Position numbers and translations under genes: made by a program
Assembly: GCA_965216785.1 (NCBI GenBank)
Contig: OZ244197.1
Coordinates: 2,208,001-2,272,000, forward strand
Origin: Thermodesulfobacteriota bacterium
GTDB taxonomy: Bacteria > Desulfobacterota_D > UBA1144 > Nemesobacterales > UBA2774
Direction: 5' to 3'
DNA length: 64,000 nucleotides
Shown here: positions 49,275 through 59,819 of the stretch, one piece after another
Layout of the letters: every line of letters begins with the position of its first letter
How positions within the stretch are numbered: position 1 is the first letter of the stretch
The notes under the pieces: generated by a model
Databases searched by the model: none
Told to the model about the DNA's origin: nothing
Seen by the model: the letters and a program-made list of their open reading frames with translations, nothing else

Positions 49275-50075
49275 TCACGTCCTCCACCTGGTAGATATAA
49301 ATTCCACCGCTTCCTGTACATTAAGCCCCCGCGTGCTTACGCCGGTGCGGAGATAAAACCTCATATCGCTGCCTTCTTTTATATACACTGGCCTGTGTGA
49401 AGGTCTTACGATAATTCTGCATACGTCCTTACCGGTAGTGTTGTGAAACACCATTTGCAGGTACTGACATACGTCCGTTCCGAGCTTAGACGCGACAGCG
49501 GCCATCAGCGCCTGCTCAAATCCGTCCCGGTCTTTTTTCTTAAGTATTTTATAATCGTGCTCCAGCCCCGTAATCTCGCCGTCGTCCGAAACGCCTATTA
49601 TCAGTGATCCTCCCTCGCCGTTCATAAAACCGGCCAGGGTCTTCATTATCACTTCCTCAAGCGCTTTATTAGGGCGGGACTCTTTTAAGTCCCAGCGGAA
49701 TGTGGACTTAAACTCGACCACGGCGCTCTCGCCGTGCGAGATGAGCGCGCGCAAATCCTTTTCGAGCTCATCGCTAAGGTGCTTAATTCGCAGAGTGCTT
49801 TTGTATAGAGAGTAGTAAAATAACGCTGACAAAAATCCAATGAAAGCTCCCACTGTGCCAAAGAATATGAGCTTTACCGGGTAGCGTCCCAAAAGCGAAT
49901 GCCAAAGCTGATCGCCGGCGTACGTGAGCGCTTCGCGCATATTGGGATTATCTTCATAAGAAAACACAAACTCGTTTAACGGGATAAGGAATACTATTCC
50001 CACTACGGCGCCGAAGATTACCGGTATTCCAAACAGCAGGGCAGTACGGTCTTTGAATGTATCTTTTGTGTTCAT
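49275..50075 (-). CDS. Membrane-anchored AlbA_2/Schlafen-like domain protein
   Basis: Two TMs then GESAVVEFKSTFRWD, KTLAGFMN.EGGSLIIGVSDDG, YLRTG. Confidence 0.85.
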   Translation of the reverse strand: MNTKDTFKDRTALLFGIPVIFGAVVGIVFLIPLNEFVFSYEDNPNMREALTYAGDQLWHSLLGRYPVKLIFFGTVGAFIGFLSALFYYSLYKSTLRIKHLSDELEKDLRALISHGESAVVEFKSTFRWDLKESRPNKALEEVIMKTLAGFMNGEGGSLIIGVSDDGEITGLEHDYKILKKKDRDGFEQALMAAVASKLGTDVCQYLQMVFHNTTGKDVCRIIVRPSHRPVYIKEGSDMRFYLRTGVSTRGLNVQEAVEFISTRWRT

Positions 50076-50208
50076 CTTAAGGTCCTGCAGCCCTAAGGCC
50101 GGCCGCAATCAAGAAAACTATTATAATGAACTATACGTACTTAGGGTAGATATACACTTTAGCTTTATATATGATAACTATTATAAGATCTTACCGAGGT
50201 GCGTATAT

Positions 50209-50619
50209 ATGGACAATCTCGAGCTCTTAATACCGCTTACCTATATCCCTGGTATAGCCCTTCTTATTATGTCCACGTCCCAGAGGTATATACACATGGA
50301 CGATACTATAAAGAGCTATACGCCAGAGCAGTGCGAGGTTTACGCAGAGAAAGTAAAGCAAGAGCTAAGACGGGCGCATCTGTTCAGAAACAGTCTGATC
50401 GGGTTTTACCTGAGCGTCGTTTTCTTTTCTCTGGGCTCGCTAGTTGCGTTCCTTACGAATAGCTGGGGGATTGAGACTTCCAAAACCATTTTAGAGATAG
50501 CCTCCATCATAGGCGTTGGCCTGCTTGTCTTCTCCGTTATCAGCTTGTCATGGGAGTCCATACTCACACTGGACATTCTCAAGAGGCATGCCTCCGGAGA
50601 GAACGACGACAAAAAGTAG
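50209..50619 (+). CDS. DUF2721-like membrane protein
   Basis: PGIALLIMSTSQRY, LRRAHLFRNSL; RBS GAGGT. Confidence 0.7.
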   Translation: MDNLELLIPLTYIPGIALLIMSTSQRYIHMDDTIKSYTPEQCEVYAEKVKQELRRAHLFRNSLIGFYLSVVFFSLGSLVAFLTNSWGIETSKTILEIASIIGVGLLVFSVISLSWESILTLDILKRHASGENDDKK

Positions 50620-50623
50620 CTCT

Positions 50624-50977
50624 ATGGACGATTTAGACGGCATATTCTCAAGGCTTGCCAAGTCCCGCTTCCGCTCAGGCTTTACACTCAAAGGAAAGGA
50701 GCTCGAGTACCTGAGCGACAAGGGCCTTACGGCAGTCATGCGGCACGCTTCAGATTTTATCGAAGACCGGCTCGCCCCCGCGGATATTCCCAACGACGGA
50801 AAGCAGACGCCCATGAAAAACCACCCTGTTTTCATAGCTCAGCACGCCACAGCCACATGCTGCCGCAAGTGTCTTTGTAAATGGCACGGCATAGCTTCAA
50901 GCGGGCATGCCCTGAACGCCGAAGAAAAAGCATACGTCCTCCGTGTGATAGAAAGATGGCTCACTCCATATCTTTAG
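50624..50977 (+). CDS. DUF4186 family protein
   Basis: RLAKSRFRSGF.L, NDGKQTPMKNHPVFIAQHATATCCRKCL.KWH. Confidence 0.9.
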   Translation: MDDLDGIFSRLAKSRFRSGFTLKGKELEYLSDKGLTAVMRHASDFIEDRLAPADIPNDGKQTPMKNHPVFIAQHATATCCRKCLCKWHGIASSGHALNAEEKAYVLRVIERWLTPYL

Positions 50978-50980
50978 CGC

Positions 50981-51010
50981 CGTCATTGCGAGACGAAGGC
51001 GAAGCAATCT
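50981..51010. repeat. REP-like palindrome
   Basis: GTCATTGCGAGACGAAGGCGAAGCAATCTC, inverted relative of 24695 and 11128. Confidence 0.7.
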
Positions 51011-51187
51011 CCTTCTATCAAGTACCCAAGTCGCAGCCGTGTCATTTCCGAAAAGGCGGCAATCTATAACCTTTGTTGTCACAGCTTACGTTTTTATCAC
51101 ATACCGGCCTGGGATATCTAAAATATTTCACGAAACTCGGATAATATGAGTTAAACTATATGACAATAACGTAAGCAGGGGGTTTTT

Positions 51188-51763
51188 ATGAAATACATAT
51201 TAAGCGCAATATTGGTATTTATGGTAACCGCGGGTATGACTTATGCTCAGTCAGAAGAGCAGCCCGTTAAGACGGACAATTCTGAGAAAATTGAAAAGGC
51301 CGTTAATCAAGAGCGCCCCAGAAGAATGCGCTCTAGACAGTACAGCAGGAGGCTCAACTCTCTGATTAGAAAGTCCAGCAGAGTTGTAAATGATAAGAGC
51401 CAAACTGACGAGCTCGTAAAGATTAGAGAGGAGTATGTTGTCTCTCTTGATAAAAAAGAAGGTGAATATAGAAGTGCCCAATACCAGATACTAGAGTCAC
51501 TTTCAAACGCGGATTTCGATGAGTCTGAGGTAAAAGAGGAATTCAAGAAGACACAAGTTTTGCAAACGGCCATCTTTGAGGAGTATTTAAAAGGACTCGA
51601 CGCTCTAAAGAAGGTTATAGGAAACGAAAATTATAACAGTCTCTATACCATGAGAAGTTGGCAGGGCAAAAAGCCAAAGGCCGATGGTGAGAAGAAAAAA
51701 AATGAGGAAGAATCAAAGACTGAGCCGGAAAAGAAACCGGAAGAAAGCACTGAAGCCAAATAA
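51188..51763 (+). CDS. Periplasmic Spy/CpxP-like helical protein
   Basis: Signal peptide, charged helical body, low-complexity tail. Confidence 0.55.
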   Translation: MKYILSAILVFMVTAGMTYAQSEEQPVKTDNSEKIEKAVNQERPRRMRSRQYSRRLNSLIRKSSRVVNDKSQTDELVKIREEYVVSLDKKEGEYRSAQYQILESLSNADFDESEVKEEFKKTQVLQTAIFEEYLKGLDALKKVIGNENYNSLYTMRSWQGKKPKADGEKKKNEEESKTEPEKKPEESTEAK

Positions 51764-51828
51764 GTAGTTAGCACGCAAAGATAACTTGTAAGCGCGCATT
51801 CAGAAGTGGTCTCATAGATATAATAACT

Positions 51829-52431
51829 ATGATTATCAAACCAACATTCATAGCAGTGCTATTCATCATTTCTGCCGTGTTGCTCTCATGCGCCGGGAGA
51901 GACATAGATGATCCCCTCGAACCCGTAGTGGCCAAGGAGGCGAGCATCCCCGTAACGGCGACAGAGCCCGCGGCCCCAGTGGTGGAAAAAGTGCCTTCTC
52001 GGGAGCTTCCTATATTAAAGAATCAAGAGCCAGAGCCAACAGTCGTTAAGCACGAGGACAATTCCGGCAGCTATGAGGATTCGTGGTCTCTGGTAGCTGA
52101 AGTAAAGGACGAGAGAGTATATACAGTATATGTAGATACCAAGAGCATAGAAAGCAATGAGACCGGGATCGAATCCTGGAGCAAGCTCGTATTCGAAAAT
52201 ACCCAGCGGGATGATGACGGGCTTTCGTATAACGAGGTTCAGATCCGCTCGTCGATAGACTGCCCGGAAAAAACTTATGCATACAACACTTCAAAATTCT
52301 ACAACTCCATAGGCCAGCTCGTCTACCAGGAAGACATCACATACAACCGTAACGATATCACCCCTAATACCCTTAGCGCCTACATAGCGGAATTCGTGTG
52401 CGGTGATGATTATGAAACCGCGGGTGAATAA
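51829..52431 (+). CDS. Lipoprotein with surface-adhesin-E-like domain
   Basis: Lipobox LLSC; YVDTKSI, SIDC, FVC. Confidence 0.65.
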   Translation: MIIKPTFIAVLFIISAVLLSCAGRDIDDPLEPVVAKEASIPVTATEPAAPVVEKVPSRELPILKNQEPEPTVVKHEDNSGSYEDSWSLVAEVKDERVYTVYVDTKSIESNETGIESWSKLVFENTQRDDDGLSYNEVQIRSSIDCPEKTYAYNTSKFYNSIGQLVYQEDITYNRNDITPNTLSAYIAEFVCGDDYETAGE

Positions 52432-52475
52432 ACCCCTTGCAGCGTATGAAGTGCGGCGGCCTCATGCTATAAATT

Positions 52476-52937
52476 TTATTTCCCAATCATCCCCGCGTGC
52501 TTCTCAACCTCATTCTCATCGTAGATGTGCACAACGTCCCACCCGTCCCGGAATAGCCTCTCAGCGACAAAGCTCCTGTGGCACTCCCTCCACTTAAGCT
52601 CGGCGCACATGAAAGCGCAGGTGTTAGTCCCTGCTATCTCTAAAAGCTTGGCGATGCCCTCCTTAAATTCCCCTGACTCCATATACTCTTCATAGCCTCC
52701 TTCTCTAAAACCCCCGAGCTCTTTTATCCAGTGATACCCGATTCCAAGCCCCGGAAGTAACGCCTCCAGATGCTCCCTGTTGAAGCTCGGGTTTCTTTTC
52801 GATCGCGGATAGCTCCTAATATCAACGAGTGCCACAATCTCATGACCCTTCAATATCCGCACCAGCTCGTCAAGGTTTCTGCTGGAATGCCCGATCGAGA
52901 ATATTTTCTTTCGCGAAGCGCCGCTCATTAAATTCAC
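52476..52937 (-). CDS. DUF488 family protein
   Basis: IFSIGHSSR, LVDIRSYPRS, LGG.R, MCAE....CHR. Confidence 0.88.
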   Translation of the reverse strand: MNLMSGASRKKIFSIGHSSRNLDELVRILKGHEIVALVDIRSYPRSKRNPSFNREHLEALLPGLGIGYHWIKELGGFREGGYEEYMESGEFKEGIAKLLEIAGTNTCAFMCAELKWRECHRSFVAERLFRDGWDVVHIYDENEVEKHAGMIGK

Positions 52938-53075
52938 CGTTACTAAAAATCTTATCTACCTGCTATGTATAGCGCAATAAGAGGGAATTCGGGTATGCGT
53001 ATCCCAATTTCTTAAAGACCGTGTATATTACTGTGCTAAACCGAGAATCTTAAGGATCGGAGGATCACTCACACT

Positions 53076-54080
53076 ATGGCCAAGGGCAAACCTATACTCG
53101 TTACGGGCGACAGACCTACCGGAAGACTCCATTTGGGGCACCTCGTGGGCTCACTCAACAACAGAATCAAGTTTCAGGACGACTACGACTGCTATTTCCT
53201 GGTAGCCGATCTCCACATGCTCACAACGCATTACGATAAGGTCGGCGAGGTCGAGCGGAACACGCTTGAAATGGTCATGGACTGGCTCAGCGTTGGGATG
53301 GACCCTGAAAAATCGACTTTTTACATACAGTCTCAAATACCCTACATCACCGAGCTCTACGCGGTGCTCGCCATGATCTGCGGCGTTCCCCGCGCAGAGA
53401 GGATCCCAACGCTCAAGGAGAAGATTCAGGACATGGGGGTAGGGGACAACTACTCTGTCGGGCTGCTCGGCTACCCCGTGCTCATGGCCGCTGACATCCT
53501 GATGTTCAAGGCCGATAAAGTGCCGGTGGGCGAGGACCAGCTAAGCCACGTAGAGCTCACCCGCGAGCTTGCCCGCCGTTTTAACCATCTGTACGGAGAA
53601 TTCTTCACCGAACCCGACCCCGTAATCAGCGAGACCTCCAGGCTTGTGGGTACGGACGGCAACCGCAAGATGAGTAAGAGTCTTGAGAACTGCATTTACC
53701 TCTCAGACAGCGTTAAAGATGTGGAGGGGCGCGTCAGGAGCATGTACACGGACCCAAAACGCATCCGGGCCGATATCCCCGGCACAGTCGAAGGCAACCC
53801 TGTATTCATCTACCACGACGCTTTTAATACCGACATAGAGGAAGTGGATGATTTAAAAGAGCGTTACAGCACGGGCAACGTGGGAGACGTGGAGGTCAAG
53901 AAGAAGCTCGCCAGGGCCATAAACGAGCTGCTCGAGCCCATAAGGGAGAGGCGGAGCTTCTATGAAGAAAGGCTGGATGACGTAAGGGATATACTGCGTG
54001 AAGGCACAAAGAGGGCAAGAGAGACAGCGGCTGAAAATATGGACGCGATTATCACAAAGATGGGGCTCTACAAGCCTTAA
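53076..54080 (+). CDS. trpS: Tryptophan--tRNA ligase
   Basis: TGDRPTGRLHLGH, YPVLMAADIL, VPVGEDQ, KMSKS. Confidence 0.97.
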   Translation: MAKGKPILVTGDRPTGRLHLGHLVGSLNNRIKFQDDYDCYFLVADLHMLTTHYDKVGEVERNTLEMVMDWLSVGMDPEKSTFYIQSQIPYITELYAVLAMICGVPRAERIPTLKEKIQDMGVGDNYSVGLLGYPVLMAADILMFKADKVPVGEDQLSHVELTRELARRFNHLYGEFFTEPDPVISETSRLVGTDGNRKMSKSLENCIYLSDSVKDVEGRVRSMYTDPKRIRADIPGTVEGNPVFIYHDAFNTDIEEVDDLKERYSTGNVGDVEVKKKLARAINELLEPIRERRSFYEERLDDVRDILREGTKRARETAAENMDAIITKMGLYKP

Positions 54081-54223
54081 TCTATTCAGGGCTCCGTACT
54101 GTCTTGCTCTGTCTGATCGTTTTCAGGCTCTTCTTCTTTTCCGCCCGTATTATATCTGTCCAGCAAGAACAGCGCTCCGAACGAAATTATAATACCTATA
54201 GCGATTAAGAGGGTTTTCATTTC

Positions 54224-54841
54224 TTAGTGTTTTGCAAGCGGGCGCCCTTCGATAGTCTCTCTCATCCTCTCAAGAAGAAGCGACTCTATATAGCCGTTTG
54301 ACTCGATCTCATAACCGATCTTCCCAGAGAACGTATAGGGCCTTATCGAATAGTCGATATCTACTTTCGTAATATCCCCGGACTCTTTAATAAGCGCTAT
54401 TTTCAAGTTTTCCTGTGTGAAGACAGTCTGACCCGTATTCGGCCTGTTACGGCCTACTTTATCTAAGTAGTCGTTAATGTCAGAGGTCTGAAGCGCCTTT
54501 TTCGAAGGCCATGTGTAGGTCCTGAAGAGCTTTCCTGATTTTCGGTATACATAGGCTTCCTTTAGCCTTATCACTCCACGGGCCTCGTCAACGAACGCGG
54601 GCGGCCACTGAAGCCACTTTACACTCTCGACAGCGGCGGTCCATACCTCGTTATAGGGCGCTGCGAACTCGTTTGTATTTAGATCTGAGGGTTTTTTGGA
54701 AGGTTTTTTCCTAGTGCTTGTCATTGTGGCCGGAGGGTCTTTTACTTCGTAAGACCTCGGTGTATATACGCTCCCGCCCCCGCAGCCCGCCGCGAAAAGT
54801 ACAGATATTATAAGAAGTATATTTAGTAACCTTGGCCCCAT
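54224..54841 (-). CDS. Hypothetical lipoprotein
   Basis: Lipobox AAGC. Confidence 0.65.
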   Translation of the reverse strand: MGPRLLNILLIISVLFAAGCGGGSVYTPRSYEVKDPPATMTSTRKKPSKKPSDLNTNEFAAPYNEVWTAAVESVKWLQWPPAFVDEARGVIRLKEAYVYRKSGKLFRTYTWPSKKALQTSDINDYLDKVGRNRPNTGQTVFTQENLKIALIKESGDITKVDIDYSIRPYTFSGKIGYEIESNGYIESLLLERMRETIEGRPLAKH

Positions 54842-54924
54842 CGCATTTAAATGTAACACATTTTTCTCACATTACTTATATAAATTTTAAGCAAGTATAC
54901 ATACACTGTATGCCGTGTTGAATT

Positions 54925-55878
54925 CTAACTGCCAACCTCTATAAGCTCCTCAGGATAAGGATGAAAATAAGTCTGTCTGGCAAGATATGACTCGTTGTGC
55001 TTAATAATCCAGGACTCCATCACAGATTGCAGAGCGCCAAGCGTTGTCTTCTCATTCCTGTATTTTTCAAGGAGGTCCAGGAAAAAACTTTTCTCCTTTG
55101 CCGTAAGCGCTTCCGAGAAATACCCGAGTCCGTGCATCAGGACGTTTATATTAGAGCTCCTGCGGGGTGTTTTAGACAGGGCTTTTCTAAGGTGCGCGTC
55201 ATACAAAGTAAGAGTTTCTTCTACTGGTCTGCGCTCCTTGTTAGCGACAATCCGCCCGAGCTCCTTCATCTCCTTTTGGTTATAGGACATTAGAACAAAC
55301 TTGTTGTCGCTCTGAAACTCGACGAGCGCACTCATCGCGGCTTTCTTTTTCGTCTGTCTCCATCTTGCGAGCGTGAATATTCTAGTAAGATAATGCTCTC
55401 TTATCGCGGGGTTCCTAAGCCTCCCTTCATCTTCTATTGCGGCCCCCGGAAATTTTTCAAGTACCTTCTCCGCGAATAGCCCCGGGCCCTTGCCTGTTGC
55501 CGAAGGGTTCTCGGCGTCCGGATACAGCTTCGTATCTTTAATAGCGCACGATGGCGAGCGGTTCTTCAGTATAAACCCGTCCACTTCCCCCAGCGCGCCC
55601 AGGTGCTTATCCGAAAACTCGTTCATAAGCTTGCTAAGGTCCCGCCCGGTAGAGGGCTGGATGAGTTTCCTCATTCCTTTTTTACTCACTATACGTATTG
55701 GGTCTCTGGGAATCCCGAGCCCGATCTCTACCTCGGGGCACACGGGCAGGAATTTGACGTAAGGCTCTAGAGCCTGCACGAAATTGTTGGGGATCATTTG
55801 CCCGTTATAGCGGCACGCGTCAAACTCAAAGCATTTGCTTGTGACAATTATGGGTTTTGGGAATGTTTCACGCTTCAT
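54925..55878 (-). CDS. YbgA-family DUF523+DUF1722 protein
   Basis: CRYNG, PVCPEVEIGLGIPR, ILKNRSPSC, EDEGRL, NVLMH.LGYF, YL..QTYF.PYP; ATGA overlap with the upstream gene. Confidence 0.9.
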   Translation of the reverse strand: MKRETFPKPIIVTSKCFEFDACRYNGQMIPNNFVQALEPYVKFLPVCPEVEIGLGIPRDPIRIVSKKGMRKLIQPSTGRDLSKLMNEFSDKHLGALGEVDGFILKNRSPSCAIKDTKLYPDAENPSATGKGPGLFAEKVLEKFPGAAIEDEGRLRNPAIREHYLTRIFTLARWRQTKKKAAMSALVEFQSDNKFVLMSYNQKEMKELGRIVANKERRPVEETLTLYDAHLRKALSKTPRRSSNINVLMHGLGYFSEALTAKEKSFFLDLLEKYRNEKTTLGALQSVMESWIIKHNESYLARQTYFHPYPEELIEVGS

Positions 55879-56666
55879 TGCACTGTCGAGGTAGATGTGG
55901 CCTGCGAGCCCATGGCGGCGGAACGTATTTCTTCCCACTTACTCTCAAGCACCCTCAGCGCCGACTCTGAAGCCTCGTAATCACCGTCCGCAGCAAGCTC
56001 TATGGCGCGGCGTATCTCGGTAACCGAGTCTTCGTTCTTAAGCGTATCCTGCACTATGTATCCGCAGAGCTCACCGTAATTAAGGAGCACAAACCCAGTG
56101 CCGTCAAATCCGCTCAGCCATCCAAGCAAATTCTCTACGCCTTCCTTGGTTACTGAAAGCATCTCGCCAAGGGTAGGGTAGGCGGACTTTTCCCCAAGCT
56201 CAGAGAGCGCGTCTTCAAGGTCCGCAATAGATTCCTTTAGTCTCTGTGCCGCGTCTTTTACCCTGGTGTTGTAATAGATCGAGTCCTGGTGCACGGCGCC
56301 AAAACCGGTGTGGGTGTAAAAGTATTTCTTTTCGTCCCCTACGTACATTAACAGCCACTCATAGGGCACAAAGTTCTCCGCGCTGAATATGTTCAGATTA
56401 ATTTCCTGGGTAATAGGGGCCAAAAAGTGTTTGCCCTCTTTATCTTTAATGAAAAAACAGTCCCTTATCTCCTCTGCTTCAAGCCCGAGCTCCGCCGAGA
56501 GCGAGCTTCTAAAATCCTCGTACTCCTTCCCGTACCAAGAGGACTGGGGCGTCGCGGGTCCGTCCCAGTACTTCTCGTAAAAATTAATATAGCTCCTCCA
56601 GTAACTCTCCATCTCACCTGTCGATTCAATGGGCTGGTAAACCATCAGCACGCTAATCGCCATCAC
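55875..56666 (-). CDS. Hypothetical protein
   Basis: 263-aa ORF translationally coupled to the YbgA gene. Confidence 0.7.
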   Translation of the reverse strand: MMAISVLMVYQPIESTGEMESYWRSYINFYEKYWDGPATPQSSWYGKEYEDFRSSLSAELGLEAEEIRDCFFIKDKEGKHFLAPITQEINLNIFSAENFVPYEWLLMYVGDEKKYFYTHTGFGAVHQDSIYYNTRVKDAAQRLKESIADLEDALSELGEKSAYPTLGEMLSVTKEGVENLLGWLSGFDGTGFVLLNYGELCGYIVQDTLKNEDSVTEIRRAIELAADGDYEASESALRVLESKWEEIRSAAMGSQATSTSTVQ

Positions 56667-56738
56667 GACCTCACTTGTCTATGTTGTATATCTATATTTA
56701 GTCTAGCGAATTACTGTGAAAATACCTAATGGGCGGGG

Positions 56739-58118
56739 TTAGGAGGTAAAGACGCTGTCTTCCCCGAGCTTGTTAATATAGCTCTCGTCTATCCTGCCGC
56801 CCGAGTACGCTTCCTGGGCCAGGTTGCGCATTTCGTAATGGTTCACGATGGGGCTCACGTAAGGGAGCTTATAGGTAAGGGGATTGTGGATCTTCTCGGG
56901 CTCCACGTCTTCGAGCTCCGGAATGTATTTTTTGATATATATGCAATCAGGATCAAACTTTGTGGATTGAAGAAGCGGGTTAAATATCCTAAAGGGCTTT
57001 GGGTCAGCGCCGCACGAGGCCACCCACTGCCAGTTGCCGATGTCCACTGTCTCGTCATAATCAACAAGGTGCTCGGAGAAATGCTTATCCCCCCAGCGCC
57101 AGTCGGTCAGCAGGTCCTTGGTGAGAAAAGAAGCCACGATCATCCTCACCCGGTTGTGTATCCAGCCTTCCTCCAGGAGCTGTCTCATCCCGGCGTCCAC
57201 AATAGGGTATCCGGTCCGTCCTTCTCTCCACGCCTTGTACCAGCTCTCGTTATTAATCCAGCGGATGCTCCTTCTCTTCTCCTGAAACTCGAGCTCTCTG
57301 GTCTCGGGGAAATAGTGCATGATGTGGTACCAGAACTCCCTCCACGCGAGCTCTGAGATAAATACGTCCGGTTCCTTCGCGCTGTTTACCGCGGACTTAT
57401 ATACTTTCCTTATAGACGTTACGCCGAATCGTATGTAGGGCGACATCCTGGACGTGCCGTCCATAAATGGCAAGTCCCGATTTTCCTTATAACTCTCGTA
57501 ATCAAAGTCCTCGAGCCTCTTCGCTGTAAGTCCGATCGGCCAATGCGTGTTTTCTGTCTGCGATATTCCACTTACCATCTCTTGTGCGGGGGCCATCTCG
57601 ATCGCCGGCGATTTGATCTCATCTAAGTTAAGCTCTAGTATGGTTCTCTTGTTCCTTCCCTGCCATAGCTTATAGAACGGAGTGAATACCTTTCGCTGAT
57701 CGATCTCCGCCGGCGGCACCAGGAAAGTGTCTTCAAACTTTTTATATATAACCCCTGTAGCGCGGCATTTGTGCTCGACTCCCAGGTCCCTCGTTACCCC
57801 GGAGAACCCATACGCCCTGTTCGTATAGACAGAGTCGATCTTATGAGTCTTGATGAGCTCGGGTAATATATCTTCCGCTTTTCCCCTGGCTACATAAAGA
57901 TATGAGCCAAGACTCCTGAGCTCGGCATCCAGGTTTCTAAGAGCGTCCACGAAAAACGCGAGCCTTTTGCTTGTGGATGAATACCGGTTCAGTATCTCAT
58001 CTTCCAGGACGTAAACGGGCAGCACTTCCTTGTTCTCGGTCACCGCGTGGTAGAGTCCGGTATTGTCCTCCACTCTCAGGTCTCTTTTGAACCAGAATAG
58101 CGCCGTGTGGTTTTGCAT
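56739..58118 (-). CDS. phrB: Deoxyribodipyrimidine photolyase (class I/III CPD)
   Basis: WFKRDLRVEDN, TSRMSPYIRFG, WREF, GRTGYPIVDAGMRQL..GWIHNRVRM, GNWQW, RIFNP. Confidence 0.93.
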   Translation of the reverse strand: MQNHTALFWFKRDLRVEDNTGLYHAVTENKEVLPVYVLEDEILNRYSSTSKRLAFFVDALRNLDAELRSLGSYLYVARGKAEDILPELIKTHKIDSVYTNRAYGFSGVTRDLGVEHKCRATGVIYKKFEDTFLVPPAEIDQRKVFTPFYKLWQGRNKRTILELNLDEIKSPAIEMAPAQEMVSGISQTENTHWPIGLTAKRLEDFDYESYKENRDLPFMDGTSRMSPYIRFGVTSIRKVYKSAVNSAKEPDVFISELAWREFWYHIMHYFPETRELEFQEKRRSIRWINNESWYKAWREGRTGYPIVDAGMRQLLEEGWIHNRVRMIVASFLTKDLLTDWRWGDKHFSEHLVDYDETVDIGNWQWVASCGADPKPFRIFNPLLQSTKFDPDCIYIKKYIPELEDVEPEKIHNPLTYKLPYVSPIVNHYEMRNLAQEAYSGGRIDESYINKLGEDSVFTS

Positions 58119-58461
58119 AGCCTTTTAAAATGCTTCCTATATATAAAGGATGTGGTGCCGTAGTTACGGGATAGTCGGGAAATCTCTACCGAAATATGCG
58201 AATATACTACATATATAAGCTATTTATCGATGAAGGCTCTCCCAAAGCACCTACTTCTCCCACTAATATTTCTATTGTACTCGGTTCTGTCCCCAGTCTC
58301 TACAAAAAATATAATTTGATATAAAAAAGTGTCATAACCCGTTTTAAAAAGAGGTGTGTTTTATACCTCCATTAGGAAAAGGTTTGCTTCGATTAAAGCT
58401 GCAAGGGGCAGTCCTGGACTGTACAGAGCTTGCTAAAACCATTATAAGCGCGGTTTCTTCG

Positions 58462-58530
58462 TTTTCCCCTTCCCCCTTGGTGGGGGGAAGGGTTAAGGAT
58501 TGGGGTGATATCTTTGTCATTCCCGCGTGG
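58462..58530. repeat. REP-like palindrome
   Basis: CCCTTCCCCCTTGGTGGGGGAAGGGTTAAGGATTGGGGTGA, inverted relative of 19746. Confidence 0.75.
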
Positions 58531-58549
58531 GGAGCGGATTATGCGCTTA

Positions 58550-59722
58550 TTAAAGATACCCCTTCAACACCTCTCCAGCGCCGGACTGGGCGATCTTCCT
58601 GAGCGCCGCTTTCTCGATCTGCCTAATCCTCTCTCGGGTAACACCGAATCTGCCGCCTATCTCATCCAGCGTGTATGTCGTGTTTATTCCAAGCCCGTAA
58701 CGCATTCTTACGACCTGCTCCTCTTTAGCGCTGAGCTCGGAGAGTGATTCGTCAAGAAGCTCCTTTACCCTTTTGCCGGTAAACGCTCTCTCCTGACTCC
58801 TGATCCCGGGGTCGGGCAGATAGTCCACGAAAGTCTTCGAGCCATCCTTATTCACGGGGTTGTCGAGTGAAAGCACGCTGTCCTTTCCGTCTATTACAGC
58901 CTGCACCAGCTCCACAGGGAGTTTGGCTCTCTTGGATATCTCATCCGGGAGCGGGTTTCTTCCCAGCTCGTCCCTAAGCTCAGACTTTGCTTTAAAAACC
59001 TTTGCCGATTGCTCGAGCACGTAAACTGGCACTTTAATAGTCCTTGTTTTCTCCGCCAGAGCCCTGGTGAGCGACTGGTGTATCCACCACGCGGCATAGG
59101 TGGAGAACTTAAACCCCTTGGTGTGGTCAAATTTGTCAACCGCTCTCATAAGACCCAGGTTCCCTTCCTGCACAAGGTCTGTCAGAGCAAGTCCCCTTCC
59201 CAGGTAACGCTTGGAGATGCTTACGACGAATCTAAGGTTAGAGCGTATGAACTGAGATTTATATGAGTGAGCTTTCTCAGAATAGATCTTATTAAACTTA
59301 TCAAGCTTTCTCAGATGACTCTTGTCTATGCTTGCTGTGGTGTCCTCTCTAAGACTTGAGTCAGTTAACCCCTCGATCTCTTTTTGTATCTCTTTTGCGC
59401 GCCTCTCACATTCCTTAATCTTTGCTCCAAGCTCCTTCTCGTCCGTGGAGGTTAGCAGAGGCTCGGTAAGAAGGTCTCTGAAATAAACATAGAGCACCCT
59501 CTCTTCCTCATACTTTGTCCAGTTCTCTGTGTCGTTGCCGTAGCTTGCGCGCACGGTATTGTTCTTTTCGTCCTCGCTCTCGTCTTCCGAGCTAAAGGTT
59601 TTGTTCTCTTTAACCTTCAATTCATCCCCGTCAGAGTCCGCGAACTCCATATTTTCACTTTCAAACTCTATGTATTCTTCTTCGTTCAATAACCCTTCAA
59701 AATCGATGTTTGTCATGTCCAT
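58550..59722 (-). CDS. Sigma70 family sigma factor (RpoD/RpoS-like, non-primary)
   Basis: SNLRFVVSISKRY, DLVQEGNLGLMRAVDKFD..KGFKFSTYAAWWI, TLDEIG.RFGVTRERIRQIE; acidic N-terminus and divergent region 2.4 (WWIHQS). Confidence 0.9.
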   Translation of the reverse strand: MDMTNIDFEGLLNEEEYIEFESENMEFADSDGDELKVKENKTFSSEDESEDEKNNTVRASYGNDTENWTKYEEERVLYVYFRDLLTEPLLTSTDEKELGAKIKECERRAKEIQKEIEGLTDSSLREDTTASIDKSHLRKLDKFNKIYSEKAHSYKSQFIRSNLRFVVSISKRYLGRGLALTDLVQEGNLGLMRAVDKFDHTKGFKFSTYAAWWIHQSLTRALAEKTRTIKVPVYVLEQSAKVFKAKSELRDELGRNPLPDEISKRAKLPVELVQAVIDGKDSVLSLDNPVNKDGSKTFVDYLPDPGIRSQERAFTGKRVKELLDESLSELSAKEEQVVRMRYGLGINTTYTLDEIGGRFGVTRERIRQIEKAALRKIAQSGAGEVLKGYL

Positions 59723-59819
59723 GGTTTTATCTCTTTTATGAATTCATTGGTTTTAGATGATTTTTTTTGCCAAATGGGTCCGGCTCGCGCCGGACCCTAA
59801 CCCCATCTTATTAATATTG

